64,000 bases of DNA from an uncultured Alphaproteobacteria bacterium (GCA_902521315.1 CABYRH010000004.1:32249-96248); one strand, 5' to 3'. Positions 29,726 through 43,150 are shown, counted from the stretch's first letter. Numbers and translations are program-made. Notes: a model not told the origin generated them from the sequence alone.

Positions 29726-30846
29726 TGAGTAATATTGTAGTCGATAAATCAAAAGTTCCATGGTGGGTCTCTAATGTTATTGTTCCATTAGTAAACTTAA
29801 CATTAGCGTTATTAGTTTCAGGACTTTTTGTTTTTATTGCAGGTGAAAATCCAATAGAGGCTGTTAAGTTAATTATTTATGGATCATTTGGTTATATCCA
29901 AGGATTTGCTTATACACTTTATTACACAACAAATTTTATTTTTACTGGACTAGCTTTTGCTGTAGCCTTTCATTGTAGACTATTTAATATTGGGGGAGAA
30001 GGTCAAGCATACATAGGCGGGCTAGGTGTTTTTTTAGTAGCTATAAATTTAAGTTTTCTTCCTGTTCCAATCGTTTGGCTTTTAGCAATCTTTGGTGCAT
30101 TTTTATTTGGTGCAGCATGGGCTTACATTCCTGCTTATCTTCAATCAAAAAGAGGAAGTCATGTTGTTATTACAACAATAATGTTTAATTTTATTGCTTC
30201 ATCTTTAATGATTTTCTTACTTGTAGATGTGATTAGAGATACAAATCAAATGGCACCTCATACAGTGAAGCTACCAGAAGAAATCTGGTTACCAAGCTTT
30301 GAAGCATTCTCTGGAATTCTTGGAATAAAAATAAGATATTCACCACTTAACCTGACTTTCTTATTAGCAATTGCATCATTGTTCTTTGTTTGGTTTTTAG
30401 TTTGGAAAACTAAATGGGGTTATGAAATGCGAGCAGTAGGACACAATACTCAAGCAGCAATATATGCAGGCATATCACCTCATAAAAATATTATCATCGC
30501 GATGTGTATTTCTGGAGGTTTAGCAGGTCTACTTGGCGTCAATGAAATTCTTGGTGTAAGCCATAAAATTCAAGCAGGCTTTCCAGCAGGATATGGATTT
30601 ACAGGAATTGCAGTTGCACTAATGGGCAGAAATCATCCGATTGGTATTTTACCTGCAGCATTTTTATTTGGAATTTTATACCAAGGAGGTTCAGAAGTTA
30701 CATTCGAAATGCCAAACATAACTAGATACATGTTTGTTGCTGTTCAAGGATTAATAATATTATTTAGTGGTGCATTAGAAAATCTTTTTAGACCACAAAT
30801 AGAAAGCTTTTTTGTTAGAAGACTTAATAGAGAGGTAAATGCGTAA
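29725..30846 (+). CDS. ABC transporter permease (BMP-system, YufP/NupB-like)
   Basis: 373 aa and polytopic. ATG overlaps the upstream stop. Confidence 0.85.
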   Translation: MSNIVVDKSKVPWWVSNVIVPLVNLTLALLVSGLFVFIAGENPIEAVKLIIYGSFGYIQGFAYTLYYTTNFIFTGLAFAVAFHCRLFNIGGEGQAYIGGLGVFLVAINLSFLPVPIVWLLAIFGAFLFGAAWAYIPAYLQSKRGSHVVITTIMFNFIASSLMIFLLVDVIRDTNQMAPHTVKLPEEIWLPSFEAFSGILGIKIRYSPLNLTFLLAIASLFFVWFLVWKTKWGYEMRAVGHNTQAAIYAGISPHKNIIIAMCISGGLAGLLGVNEILGVSHKIQAGFPAGYGFTGIAVALMGRNHPIGILPAAFLFGILYQGGSEVTFEMPNITRYMFVAVQGLIILFSGALENLFRPQIESFFVRRLNREVNA

Positions 30847-31817
30847 TGGAATTTTTATCTGATATTGCTTCTTTAATTAATTCTACATTAAGAATATCTA
30901 CACCTTTAGTTTTTGCAGCAATGGCTGGTATATTTGCTGAAAGATCAGGGGTAATAGATTTTAGTTTAGAAGGTAAAATGCTTATGGCTGCATTTGTAGC
31001 AGCTGTTGGTTCTTACTATTTAGGTAACCCATGGTTAGGTTTATTATTAGCTATAATTGTATGTGTGTGTTTATCAATGTTACATGGATTTGCTTCGGTA
31101 ACGCACAAAGGCGATCAAGTAGTATCATGTGTTGCTATAAATATTTTAATTATTGGTTTAACAACTGCTTTAGCAGCTGCCTGGTTTGGGCAAGCAGGTC
31201 TGACGCCAACATTAAATGAAGATCAGCGTTTTTTAGAAATTCACCTTCCTTTTTCTGATGCACTGAGAGATATTCCGGTTATTGGAACACTTTATAGTGA
31301 TATATTAAGTGGTCATTACATTTTTGTTTATTTAGCTTACCTTTCTGTTCCACTAGTTTTTTGGATAGTATTTAAAACTAGTTTTGGTTTGCGTCTTAGA
31401 GCAGTTGGAGAAAATCCAAGTGCTGTTGATACTGCTGGAATCAATGTCTTTACTATGAGATATAAAGCGCTAGCAATCAATGGAGTGTTAATTGCTTTTG
31501 CGGGAGCTCATTTATCAACTGCTGTTAATGCAAATTTCTTCAGAGAAATGTCAGCAGGAAGAGGATACTTAGCACTAGCAGCAATGATCTTTGGAAAGTG
31601 GCATCCTAAAACAGCTTTAATTGCTTGCTTACTCTTTGGATTTACAGATGCACTTCAAATTAGATTGCAAGGAGTAGAATTACCTGCGATAGGTGAAATA
31701 CCAGTACAGTTAATTCAGGCAATACCATATGTATTAACAGTTGTTTTACTTGCTGGTTTTGTTGGTAAAGCGATAGCTCCTAACGCTATTGGACAACCTT
31801 ACATTAAAGAAAGATAA
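30846..31817 (+). CDS. ABC transporter permease (BMP-system, YufQ/NupC-like)
   Basis: 323 aa and polytopic. ATG overlaps the upstream stop. Confidence 0.85.
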   Translation: MEFLSDIASLINSTLRISTPLVFAAMAGIFAERSGVIDFSLEGKMLMAAFVAAVGSYYLGNPWLGLLLAIIVCVCLSMLHGFASVTHKGDQVVSCVAINILIIGLTTALAAAWFGQAGLTPTLNEDQRFLEIHLPFSDALRDIPVIGTLYSDILSGHYIFVYLAYLSVPLVFWIVFKTSFGLRLRAVGENPSAVDTAGINVFTMRYKALAINGVLIAFAGAHLSTAVNANFFREMSAGRGYLALAAMIFGKWHPKTALIACLLFGFTDALQIRLQGVELPAIGEIPVQLIQAIPYVLTVVLLAGFVGKAIAPNAIGQPYIKER

Positions 31818-31872
31818 TTAAATACTTATTTAAAAAAAATTCCTATATACTTTATTTCTACTAGGAGAAAAT

Positions 31873-32193
31873 ATGTCAATACTAGAAAAATACATGAAGG
31901 TTTTTAATGAAAAAGATGAAGCAGGAATGAACGAAATTATCCATGATGATTTCAAATTTACAATGCATTCTAGTGGTAATGTTTTATCAAAGTCTGACGT
32001 TATAGGCTGGGCTATGAGTGACGACATTAATGATGATAAGTCTAGAATTGTATACGAAAATGACGAGATAGGGATACATCATTCTTTCGTTACTTTTAAA
32101 GATGGCAACACGCAAGCTGTGATGGCAGTATACAAATATAAAGATGGCAAAATAATTTCATTAGAAACTGGGGCAACCAATATGCCAAAATAA
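31873..32193 (+). CDS. Small NTF2/SnoaL-like protein
   Basis: 106 aa. The N-terminal 'LEKYMKVFNEKDEAGMNEIIHDDFKF' pattern is typical of SnoaL-like folds. Preceded by AGGAG. Confidence 0.4.
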   Translation: MSILEKYMKVFNEKDEAGMNEIIHDDFKFTMHSSGNVLSKSDVIGWAMSDDINDDKSRIVYENDEIGIHHSFVTFKDGNTQAVMAVYKYKDGKIISLETGATNMPK

Positions 32194-32221
32194 AAAAAGT
32201 GGAACTCTAAGTTCCACTTTT
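32192..32221. terminator. Bidirectional rho-independent terminator
   Basis: A-run 32192-32198, stem GTGGAAC (32199-32205) / GTTCCAC (32211-32217), loop TCTAA, T-run 32218-32221. It lies between convergent genes. Confidence 0.7.
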
Positions 32222-32240
32222 AAATTAATTTAAATTATTT

Positions 32241-34376
<2,136 letters not shown>

Positions 34377-34436
34377 TTAGAACCTCCGTTATTTAATACT
34401 AATATATAAAGAATTTAAATTAAAGAAAAGTGAAAA

Positions 34437-34841
34437 CTATAACTCAATTTTGAAATTTTCAGGTCGCCACGTCGCAGGTGCAAGTTCAAAATCATCAAAA
34501 TCAAAAGCAGGTGCGACAGTGCATCCAATTAAACTGAAAGCACCAGAAGATCTCATAGCAAACCATGTGTTTGCTGTTACGGTGTAAATATAATTATGAT
34601 CTGACCCTAATGAAAAAACTTCATAATTAACTCCGTCATTCGATGTGAAAACTTCTAGAGGATCTCCTGAATAAAAATGTAATATTTCATTTTTAGTTAA
34701 TCGATGCCAATGTGATTTTTCGTTCCTTTTTAATAGGTAATAAATTTGACTAACATTATCGTTTTTAAAATTTTCAACATAATGCCCTCCTTCAGGATGA
34801 CTAATCATATTGAGTTTTTTTATTAAATTATCTGCTTCCAC
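34437..34841 (-). CDS. Cupin (DUF985 family)
   Basis: 'LIKKLNMISHPEGGHYVENF...SHWHRL' is the DUF985 cupin signature. Confidence 0.7.
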   Translation of the reverse strand: MEADNLIKKLNMISHPEGGHYVENFKNDNVSQIYYLLKRNEKSHWHRLTKNEILHFYSGDPLEVFTSNDGVNYEVFSLGSDHNYIYTVTANTWFAMRSSGAFSLIGCTVAPAFDFDDFELAPATWRPENFKIEL

Positions 34842-35432
34842 TTAGATTAAATGACCAAGTTTACTTTTTTTAGTAGAGATATATTTTTCATTATATTTAT
34901 TGGTGTCTGAGAAAATAGGAATTCTTTGATTTACTTTGATACCCATATCTTCAAGCGCTTTTATTTTTTTTGGATTATTGGTCATCAAATCTAATTCTTT
35001 GATTGCTAAATATTTTATCATTCCAGCAATATTTTCATATGTTCTCTCATCATCTTTGAAACCTAATTGATGATTAGCTTCAACGGTATCTAGTCCCTTG
35101 TCTTGTAAACTATATGCTTTAATTTTATTTGAAAGACCAATGCCCCTTCCTTCTTGTTGAAGATAAAAAATAACCCCTCTTCCATTTTGTGCAATTTGTT
35201 TTAATGATTCAGTTAGTTGGAATCTACAATCACATCTCATACTAAAAAAAGATTCCCCTGTAATACATTGAGAATGAATTCTTGATAAAACTGGCTCATC
35301 AGTAAGCAAGTCACCCATACATATTGCTAAATGATCTTTAGATTCATTTTCATCTGTAAAGGCATGTACAGTGAACTCTCCAATATCTGTTGGAAGTTTA
35401 CTAGTCTCAATAAACTTTAATTTGTCTGACAT
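34842..35432 (-). CDS. ribA: GTP cyclohydrolase II (monofunctional)
   Basis: Collinear with E. coli RibA over 196 aa. Zn ligands in 'HSQCITGESFFSMRCDC'. Also 'QQEGRGIGLSNKIKAYSLQD' and 'TVEANHQLGF'. Confidence 0.93.
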   Translation of the reverse strand: MSDKLKFIETSKLPTDIGEFTVHAFTDENESKDHLAICMGDLLTDEPVLSRIHSQCITGESFFSMRCDCRFQLTESLKQIAQNGRGVIFYLQQEGRGIGLSNKIKAYSLQDKGLDTVEANHQLGFKDDERTYENIAGMIKYLAIKELDLMTNNPKKIKALEDMGIKVNQRIPIFSDTNKYNEKYISTKKSKLGHLI

Positions 35433-35905
35433 TATAGTTTAGTAGGATTTGGGGCACCTTTGTATACTTCTTCAGGATCAAAAACTTTTTCTTTCTCTTC
35501 AAATTTAAGAACAACTTTAGAGCTAGAATTATCCAATGGAATACTTCTATAAAAACATGATCTATATCCTACATGACAGCTAGCACCACCTTTGACATCA
35601 ACCCTTAACCAAACACAATCTTGATCATCATCAATTCTTATTTCTTTTATCTTCTGCGTTAATCCACTTGTTTTACCCTTATGCCAAAGTGTATTTCTAC
35701 TTCTAGAAAAATAAACAGCTTCGCCCAAACTTATAGTTTTTTTAAAAGCTTCTTCATTCATATAACCTTGCATAAGTAGTTCACCAGATGAAAAATCTGT
35801 TGTTACAACGGGTATTAGACCATTTGAATCAAATTTCGGAGCCAGCTCATTTGACTCTTCAACTTGTTCTATTGATTTTCTTTTTTCAAATTCAATGTTA
35901 TTCAT
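35432..35905 (-). CDS. hisI: Phosphoribosyl-AMP cyclohydrolase
   Basis: 'GLIPVVTTD...[14 protein letters not shown]...[17 protein letters not shown]...[11 protein letters not shown]'. Confidence 0.9.
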   Translation of the reverse strand: MNNIEFEKRKSIEQVEESNELAPKFDSNGLIPVVTTDFSSGELLMQGYMNEEAFKKTISLGEAVYFSRSRNTLWHKGKTSGLTQKIKEIRIDDDQDCVWLRVDVKGGASCHVGYRSCFYRSIPLDNSSSKVVLKFEEKEKVFDPEEVYKGAPNPTKL

Positions 35906-36899
35906 TTTTTAATTTTTCAGCAGCTTCTAATGCAAAGTAAGTCAGTATACCATTTGCCCCAGCTCTTTTAAAAGATAAAAGAGATTCCATTACAACTTTT
36001 TCATTAAGCCAACCTTTATTAATTGACTCTTTTATCATCGAATATTCACCTGATACTTGGTAGGCAAAAGTTGGAACTTTAAATTCTGATTTTATTCTAG
36101 AAATAATATCAAGATAAGGCATACCAGGTTTAACCATTACCATATCTGCACCTTCACTTATATCTAATCCAACTTCTCTTATAGCTTCATCACTGTTTGA
36201 TGGATCCATTTGATATGTTAATTTACCATCTTTACCCAAATTAGAACCAGAACCTATAGCATCTCTAAAAGGTCCATAAAAACCCGAAGCATATTTTGCA
36301 GCATAAGAGAGAATAAGGGTATCTGCTAAATTGTTTGAATCTAATGCAGTTCTTATTCTTCCCACTCTTCCATCCATCATATCCGACGGAGCGATTACAT
36401 CACAACCAGCATTCGCTTGGACTAGAGCCTGTTGTTCCAAGACCTCCAAAGTTTTATCATTATCTATTTTATTATTTATAACTAAACCATCATGCCCATG
36501 GTCCGTAAAAGGATCTAACGCAACATCACATACAATACCAATATTTGGAAAATCTTTTTTGATACTTTTAATTGATCTGCATACCAAATTGTTTTCATCT
36601 ACAGCTAAACTTCCCTCAGAATTTTTAAGGCCACTTTCAATTTGCGGAAAAATTGCAATAGCAGGAATATTAAATTTAACAGCTTTTTCTACTTCACTTA
36701 AAAGTTTATCAATAGAGTATCTGCTTACACCAGGCATCGAATTAATAGGATCATCCACCTTGTTTCCCTCGCATACAAATAGAGGCAAGATTAAATCATT
36801 AACACTAAGTGTATTTTCAGCAACTAAACGACGAGAAAATTCTTTCATTCTATTACGTCTAAGTCTTGTACTTGGAAACTTGCCTTGCATGTTATTCAT
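35898..36899 (-). CDS. hemB: Porphobilinogen synthase (Asp-rich, Mg-type active-site loop)
   Basis: '[14 protein letters not shown]' and '[10 protein letters not shown]'. Confidence 0.95.
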   Translation of the reverse strand: MNNMQGKFPSTRLRRNRMKEFSRRLVAENTLSVNDLILPLFVCEGNKVDDPINSMPGVSRYSIDKLLSEVEKAVKFNIPAIAIFPQIESGLKNSEGSLAVDENNLVCRSIKSIKKDFPNIGIVCDVALDPFTDHGHDGLVINNKIDNDKTLEVLEQQALVQANAGCDVIAPSDMMDGRVGRIRTALDSNNLADTLILSYAAKYASGFYGPFRDAIGSGSNLGKDGKLTYQMDPSNSDEAIREVGLDISEGADMVMVKPGMPYLDIISRIKSEFKVPTFAYQVSGEYSMIKESINKGWLNEKVVMESLLSFKRAGANGILTYFALEAAEKLKNE

Positions 36900-36902
36900 T
36901 TT

Positions 36903-38828
36903 TTATTCTATTGGTGATTTTGCTTCTTTAGATAAGCTAGTAACAATATCTTCTAATTTAAAGGTCTTTGTTTCAGAGGATCCAATTCTTCTAACAGATA
37001 CTGTTTTATCTTCAGCTTCTTTTTTTCCAACAGCAATAATTGCTGGCACTTTACTATTACTGTGTTCACGTATTTTATAACCAATTTTTTCATTACGTGT
37101 ATCTATTTCGGCCCTAATTCCTTTTGATACTAATGCTTTTTGTACCTCATAAGCATACTCATCTGTATCAGATGTAATTGTAGCAACTACAGCTTGCAAT
37201 GGTGAAAGCCAAAACGGAAGATGGCCTGCATAATGTTCAATTAGAATGCCAGTGAATCTCTCTAAGGAACCAAATAGAGCTCTATGCAACATGACTGGTA
37301 TTTTTTTATTACCATCTTCTCCAATATAAGTGGCTCCCAATCTTCCAGGTAAATTTAAATCTACTTGCAGTGTACCGCATTGCCAGTCTCTGCCAATTGC
37401 ATCACGTAAAACAAACTCTAATTTTGGACCGTAAAATGCACCTTCTCCTGGGTTGAGTGTATACTCAAGACCTGTTGCTTCCATGGCTTGCATTAATGCA
37501 GCCTCAGCTTTATCCCAAATAGCATCATCCCCTACGCGTTTTTCAGGACGGTCAGAAAATTTAATTCTAACATTATCGAAACCAAAGTCCTTGTAGATAC
37601 TAAGTATCAAATCACATACCGTTTTACTCTCTTGTGTAATTTGGTCTTCTGTACAAAATATATGTGCATCATCTTGCGTGAATGCTCTAACCCTCATTAA
37701 TCCATGAAGAGCACCTGATGGTTCATAACGATGTACTTTTCCAAATTCAGATAATAGAAACGGTAAGTCTCTATAACTTTTTAATCCTTGTTTAAAAATT
37801 TCTACAGCACCAGGGCAATTCATTGGTTTGATAGCATAAATTTTATCGTCTTTTGCTTCAGTTCTAAACATCATGTCACTAAATTTGTCCCAGTGACCAG
37901 ACGTTTCCCATAGAGACTTATCCATCATGTCTGGCGTATTAGTTTCTACGTAACCTGCCTTGTCTTGTCTGTTTCGCATATAATTTATTAGCGATTGGAA
38001 TAATGTCCAACCCTTAGGATGCCAAAACACCGCTCCAGGAGCCTCTTCCTGAAAATGAAATAAATCCATTTCTCTTCCTAGTTTTCGGTGATCTCTTTTT
38101 TCTGCTTCTTCAATTTGTAAAAGGTGTTGTTCAAGATCCTTTTCTGTTGCCCAGGCCGTTCCATAAATTCTTGTTAGCATTGTATTAGATGAATCACCTC
38201 GCCAGTAAGCGCCAGCAACTTTCATTAATTTAAATGCTTTACCAATTTGTTTTGTTGAAACCATATGAGGGCCTCGGCACAAGTCTAACCAATCACCTTG
38301 TTTGTAGATACTAATTTCCTCATTATCAGGCAGATCATTAATTAGTTCAACTTTATAGTCTTCACCTTTGTCTTTAAAATATTGTATCGATTCCTCTTTA
38401 GACCACACTTCTCTTATGAAATTTTTATTTCTTTGAATGATATCGTGCATCTTCTTTTCAATTTTTGGAAGATCTGCAACAGTAAAAGGTTCATCTCTTG
38501 CAAAATCATAATAAAAACCATTTTCAATTGCTGGACCAATTGTAACTTGTGTTCCTGGGAATAATTCCTGGACAGCTTCTGCCATTACATGAGCACAATC
38601 ATGTCGTATTAATTCAAGTGCTTCCTCGCTATCTCTTTTTAAAATCGCTACAGATGCATTACCATTAATAGGTAAACTAATATCTTTTATCTCATTATTA
38701 ATTTTTATAGCAACTGATTCTTTGGCAAGAGATTTTGAAATTTGCGATGCCAATTCAAGACCATTGATGCCTTTATCAACTTCCTTTTTATTTCCATCTG
38801 GAAATGTAATTATTATCTTTTCACTCAT
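36903..38828 (-). CDS. thrS: Threonine--tRNA ligase
   Basis: 641 aa with an N-terminal TGS domain, class II motifs and an anticodon-binding C-terminus. Collinear with ThrRS. Confidence 0.97.
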   Translation of the reverse strand: MSEKIIITFPDGNKKEVDKGINGLELASQISKSLAKESVAIKINNEIKDISLPINGNASVAILKRDSEEALELIRHDCAHVMAEAVQELFPGTQVTIGPAIENGFYYDFARDEPFTVADLPKIEKKMHDIIQRNKNFIREVWSKEESIQYFKDKGEDYKVELINDLPDNEEISIYKQGDWLDLCRGPHMVSTKQIGKAFKLMKVAGAYWRGDSSNTMLTRIYGTAWATEKDLEQHLLQIEEAEKRDHRKLGREMDLFHFQEEAPGAVFWHPKGWTLFQSLINYMRNRQDKAGYVETNTPDMMDKSLWETSGHWDKFSDMMFRTEAKDDKIYAIKPMNCPGAVEIFKQGLKSYRDLPFLLSEFGKVHRYEPSGALHGLMRVRAFTQDDAHIFCTEDQITQESKTVCDLILSIYKDFGFDNVRIKFSDRPEKRVGDDAIWDKAEAALMQAMEATGLEYTLNPGEGAFYGPKLEFVLRDAIGRDWQCGTLQVDLNLPGRLGATYIGEDGNKKIPVMLHRALFGSLERFTGILIEHYAGHLPFWLSPLQAVVATITSDTDEYAYEVQKALVSKGIRAEIDTRNEKIGYKIREHSNSKVPAIIAVGKKEAEDKTVSVRRIGSSETKTFKLEDIVTSLSKEAKSPIE

Positions 38829-40210
38829 CTAGATTTCCGCCAAATCGTTCCTTTATCAGTATCTTCTATTTCTATACCTTTATCTTTTAATGTGTCCCTA
38901 ATAGTATCTGCCAAATTAAAATTTTTACTGCGTCTAGCTTCATTACGTTCATTTATCAACCTTTCAATTTCTTTAGCATTTTCAGTATCTTTTTGATTAT
39001 AACCTAACCAATTTCCTGGATCATCTTCAAGAATACCTAATATTTTACCGGCAGAAAGAAGATTTTTTTTGATTTCTTTTTTTCTTTCATTAGATGCAGA
39101 TGAAGCATCATTTGCTTCCTCATTAAGTTTTGCAATGACTTTAGGTGTATTCAAATCATCTAAAAATGATTCCATTATAGGATCAGAAGGTAAGTTAGAA
39201 TTTATTTCAACTTCTGACAGCTCTAATAGAACTCTATAAAGTCGATCTATCATTTTGCTATTTTGTTCAATGATTTCTTCTGTCCAGTTCAATGGCTGTT
39301 TGTAATGAGCTGACAACAATGTTAATCGCAAAACCTCTCCCTTGTATTTTTTATTGAGATCATGAACGAGTCTAATATTGCCAATTGACTTTGACATTTT
39401 TTCTCCCTCAACATTAACAAATCCATTATGAAACCAATAAGTTGCAAAATCTTTAGGATCTTTATTTTCAGATATAGAACAAGTTTGTGCTATTTCATTT
39501 TCATGATGCGGAAACACCAAGTCAATACCACCGCTATGGATATCAAAAGGAAGACCTAATGATTTTTCTGACATAACCGAGCACTCTAAATGCCATCCTG
39601 GTCTTCCAAATCCCCAAGGTGAATCCCAACCAGGTAAGGGTGAGGGAGATGGTTTCCATAAAATAAAATCTGCTGGATCTTTTTTGAACGGCGCTACTTC
39701 AACACGGCTTCCAGCTATTTGTTCATCTCTATTTCTTTTTGAAAGAATTCCATAATTATCAAAACTTGGCACATGAAATAAAACATGCCCCTCTTTTTCA
39801 TAAGCTTTATTTTCATCAATTAATTTTTTTATCAACTCGATCATTTCTTTAATATGATCAGTTGCTCTTGGTTGAATATCAGGAAGATTAACGCCAAGTG
39901 CACTCATGTCATTATTGTAAATCTCCGTATATTTATTTGTGATAACACTAATGTCCTCACCTGTTTCTTTAGAAGCTTCTATAATCTTGTCATCAATGTC
40001 AGTGATATTAGACACATAGGTCACTTGTTTAAATTGTGTTTTTAATACACGGACTAATAAATCATTTACAACTGCCATACGTGCATTACCAATGTGCGCA
40101 AAATTATAAACAGTTGGACCGCAAGCATATATTCTTACATGATCTGGATTAACTGGTTTAAAAAATTCTTTTTTACCACTTAATGTGTTTTGTAACTGTA
40201 ATGACATCAA
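38825..40210 (-). CDS. cysS: Cysteine--tRNA ligase
   Basis: HIGH motif 'HIGNARMAV' and KMSKS motif 'EKMSKSIGN'. Confidence 0.95.
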   Translation of the reverse strand: MMSLQLQNTLSGKKEFFKPVNPDHVRIYACGPTVYNFAHIGNARMAVVNDLLVRVLKTQFKQVTYVSNITDIDDKIIEASKETGEDISVITNKYTEIYNNDMSALGVNLPDIQPRATDHIKEMIELIKKLIDENKAYEKEGHVLFHVPSFDNYGILSKRNRDEQIAGSRVEVAPFKKDPADFILWKPSPSPLPGWDSPWGFGRPGWHLECSVMSEKSLGLPFDIHSGGIDLVFPHHENEIAQTCSISENKDPKDFATYWFHNGFVNVEGEKMSKSIGNIRLVHDLNKKYKGEVLRLTLLSAHYKQPLNWTEEIIEQNSKMIDRLYRVLLELSEVEINSNLPSDPIMESFLDDLNTPKVIAKLNEEANDASSASNERKKEIKKNLLSAGKILGILEDDPGNWLGYNQKDTENAKEIERLINERNEARRSKNFNLADTIRDTLKDKGIEIEDTDKGTIWRKSR

Positions 40211-40218
40211 TATAATTT

Positions 40219-40641
40219 TTAATAATTAAGCTCTATTACCACGGGTTCGCCATGAACTAAAATGATTGCGGCTTTTTCAAATGATGGAGGACCTTTTGGT
40301 TGATAATTATTACTAAAGGCAAAACCTTCTTTTGGTCTCCAGAATAATCCAGTCTTTAATTTTCCGTCTGAATCTTCGTCGTGATAGGCAACAATTGCTA
40401 TTTTTCCTTCATGTATCTTACTCAAAGGAACTACAACCTCACCCTTTTGCACTCTTTTTCTAACGCTCTCAATTGCTAATTCTTCATCCAAAAAGCTCTC
40501 TTTTGAGTCATATATCTTAACATCAATGTAACCATCACCATGTTCTACATTTGGAAAAATGATAGTTCCATGTGCAAAAAGACCTAAAGACCATGTGACT
40601 GTTAAGCAAAAAAAGAATATTTTAGTAAAAAAACTTTTCAT
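40219..40641 (-). CDS. Secreted DUF2141-like protein
   Basis: Signal peptide. 'IAIVAYHDEDSDGKLKTGLFWRPKEGFAFSNN' matches the DUF2141 pattern. Confidence 0.6.
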   Translation of the reverse strand: MKSFFTKIFFFCLTVTWSLGLFAHGTIIFPNVEHGDGYIDVKIYDSKESFLDEELAIESVRKRVQKGEVVVPLSKIHEGKIAIVAYHDEDSDGKLKTGLFWRPKEGFAFSNNYQPKGPPSFEKAAIILVHGEPVVIELNY

Positions 40642-40669
40642 ATAAGTATCCTAATTATAATAGAATCAA

Positions 40670-41875
40670 GTGCTGAACAATAAAGAATATCTAAATAGAC
40701 TATATCAATCAGATAAACCTCTTATAATTTATAAAACTGATAAGGGTTATGATATCTATACTGATTTTTCTAGAAGAATTATTATTAATAAAAAAAATCT
40801 AAAATATTTTCTTAATATCCAATCAAAATCAAAAAAATCTAAGATTGAAGAATTGAATTGTTATGTTGGTTTCTTTGGTTATAAGCTTCTTTGTGAAAAT
40901 ATAGGAATAAAGTTTCCAAAACAGCAATCTAAAAATTTTCATAGCGGTATATTTTACAAACCACAAACTAAAATTAGTATTGGTAAAAAAATTGTAATCA
41001 AAAGCATTAAAGCCAATTTTAGAAATATAAGTATCAATACAAAAAAAAATTTACAGTTAAATAAAAAGTTTAATCTTAATTTATCTTTAAAGCAGTACTC
41101 TAAGATATTTAATGATTTCTCTAAAAATATTAAACAGGGAAAAACTTATCAAATTAAAATAGCTCAAACATATTCGAAAAAAGGTAATATCAATTCTATT
41201 GATCTTTTTTGGAAGTTAATGAAAATGAATGAATCACCTGAAAGTTTTCTTATCAGGGAAAAAGACTATAATATCGTAAGTTGTTCACCAGAGACACTCA
41301 TATTGAAAAAAGATAACACAATTAGAACTAAACCTATTGCTGGAACATTAAGAAAAACAAAGCAGTTAAATAAAAATAAAGCTCTCAAATTCTTTAGAAG
41401 AAATGAAAAAGAAACCAAAGAACATAATATGATTGTTGATATGGAAAGAAATGATCTGTCTAAAATTTGTAAAACAGGATCTGTAAAAATAGATAAACTA
41501 AAAAAGGTTGAGGAATATCGAGATCTTTTTCATTACGTTACGACAATCAAGGGAGTTATAAAAAATAAAATGAGTAACCATGATATAATTTCTTCTTTAA
41601 TGCCAGGCGGTTCAGTCATTGGTTGTCCAAAAATTAGTACTATTCAACTTCTAAACAGAAAAGAAAAATTTGACAGAAATATTTATACAGGCAGTTTTGG
41701 AATTATACATTCAAATGGTGATATGCGATTTAACATAATGATTAGAACACTACTTAATTTTAAAAATGATATTGAATTATCAGTTGCTAGTGGTGTGATC
41801 TTAGGGAGTACCGCAAAAAAAGAATATAATGAAAATTATATTAAAGCTAAATCACTTTTAGATCTATTTAACTAA
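40670..41875 (+). CDS. pabB: Aminodeoxychorismate synthase component I (PIAGT subclass)
   Basis: GTG start. Chorismate-binding core 'SPETLI...KPIAGT...MIVDMERNDL...GGSVIGCPK...RNIYTGSFG'. Call supported by the pabA/pabC/folP context. Confidence 0.8.
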   Translation: MLNNKEYLNRLYQSDKPLIIYKTDKGYDIYTDFSRRIIINKKNLKYFLNIQSKSKKSKIEELNCYVGFFGYKLLCENIGIKFPKQQSKNFHSGIFYKPQTKISIGKKIVIKSIKANFRNISINTKKNLQLNKKFNLNLSLKQYSKIFNDFSKNIKQGKTYQIKIAQTYSKKGNINSIDLFWKLMKMNESPESFLIREKDYNIVSCSPETLILKKDNTIRTKPIAGTLRKTKQLNKNKALKFFRRNEKETKEHNMIVDMERNDLSKICKTGSVKIDKLKKVEEYRDLFHYVTTIKGVIKNKMSNHDIISSLMPGGSVIGCPKISTIQLLNRKEKFDRNIYTGSFGIIHSNGDMRFNIMIRTLLNFKNDIELSVASGVILGSTAKKEYNENYIKAKSLLDLFN

Positions 41876-42432
41876 TGATTTATCTCATTGATCACGAAGA
41901 CTCATTCACATACAATTTAGCTCATCTACTAGATAGTATTGAGCCAACATTTGTTTCAAATTATTATGAGATAGATCAAATAAAACTAGATAAATCATCG
42001 ACCATAGTTCTTTCACCAGGCCCTGGTGAACCAAAAGATTATACATTAACAACTAAGATTTACAATAAATATAAAGGAAAGAAAAAAATATTAGGAATAT
42101 GTTTAGGTTTCCAACAAATAGTTTTTTGTGAAGGAGCTAAAATAGTTCAACAAAAAAATATTCTTCATGGTTATCAGAGTCATATTAAAGTTACTAACGA
42201 TAAATCAATTTTTAAAAAAAATTTTAATTTTTTAGGAGGTCGATATCATTCCTTAAAAATGGCTGAACCATTTGTTTCTCAATCAATGATAATTACAATG
42301 CGTTGTGTTAAAACAAATGTAGCAATGGCGGTTGAAGATGATATTAATAAAGTGTATGGATTACAGTTTCACCCAGATTCATTTTTAACTCCACATGGAA
42401 AATATCTTATTAAAAAAATCCTTTCACGCTAA
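41875..42432 (+). CDS. pabA: Aminodeoxychorismate synthase glutamine amidotransferase component
   Basis: 'LIDHEDSFTYNL', 'LSPGPGEP', nucleophile 'GICLGFQ' and 'LQFHPDS'. Confidence 0.85.
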   Translation: MIYLIDHEDSFTYNLAHLLDSIEPTFVSNYYEIDQIKLDKSSTIVLSPGPGEPKDYTLTTKIYNKYKGKKKILGICLGFQQIVFCEGAKIVQQKNILHGYQSHIKVTNDKSIFKKNFNFLGGRYHSLKMAEPFVSQSMIITMRCVKTNVAMAVEDDINKVYGLQFHPDSFLTPHGKYLIKKILSR

Positions 42433-43150
42433 GAATTTTAAATCACTTAAGTTCAATTCTCTTTGGGGATACAAGGGTATCTTTACAACTATTAGACTAT
42501 TTGGCAAAGAGCCAAATTTTATCTTAGTTGATAAGCATTTAAAAAAACTAAATAAAGATTTAAGATATTTTGGCATTGATACTAAAATTTCTAAAAATCT
42601 TTTAACTAATTTTTTAAATAAATATTCTAAAATTAAAAATTATGACCACCTATTAAGAATTGCAGTCACAAAAAAAATAATCTCATTATCTGTACGTAAA
42701 CGAAACAAAGATCATAAGCATTTTACTGCAGAATTTTTTAGATACCAGCGGTCTTTACCTAACTTCAAAAACTTACAGTACAAAAAAATAATTTCTTTAC
42801 AAAAAAAAATTAATTTACAAAAAGAAGAAATTCTTTTTTACTTCAACAATAAAATTTTAGAAGGCTCTACAACCAATTTAATTTTTGTAAATGGTAATAA
42901 ATTATTTATTCCAAAAAATTACTATTATTATGGAATTACTTTAGAATACTTAATTAAAAGTCTACCTTATAAAATTTATAGAACAGATATTAGTATTTCT
43001 AGTTTACATCAATTTAGTGAAATACTTTTAGTTGGTTCTGGTAAAGGTGTAGTTAGTATTTCTTTTATTAAACAATTTAATTGGTATAGGTCTTCAATGA
43101 AAATATATAATTTTTTATCAAAAAAATATTCAAAAATATTATCGAAATGA
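42395..43150 (+). CDS. pabC: Class IV aminotransferase-fold protein, probable aminodeoxychorismate lyase
   Basis: 'EGSTTNLIFVNGNKLFIPK' (class IV signature) and candidate PLP Lys in 'FKNLQY'. The start is uncertain (38-nt overlap with pabA). Confidence 0.55.
   Translation: MENILLKKSFHAKNFKSLKFNSLWGYKGIFTTIRLFGKEPNFILVDKHLKKLNKDLRYFGIDTKISKNLLTNFLNKYSKIKNYDHLLRIAVTKKIISLSVRKRNKDHKHFTAEFFRYQRSLPNFKNLQYKKIISLQKKINLQKEEILFYFNNKILEGSTTNLIFVNGNKLFIPKNYYYYGITLEYLIKSLPYKIYRTDISISSLHQFSEILLVGSGKGVVSISFIKQFNWYRSSMKIYNFLSKKYSKILSK

Noticed and set aside
36331-37080. 249-aa ORF on the + strand spanning the hemB/thrS junction
   Set aside because: It lies fully antisense to two strongly supported genes (hemB, thrS). 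Its S/L/I-rich composition is typical of an antisense frame of a real gene. It has no motif, no RBS, and crosses the boundary of two unrelated genes.
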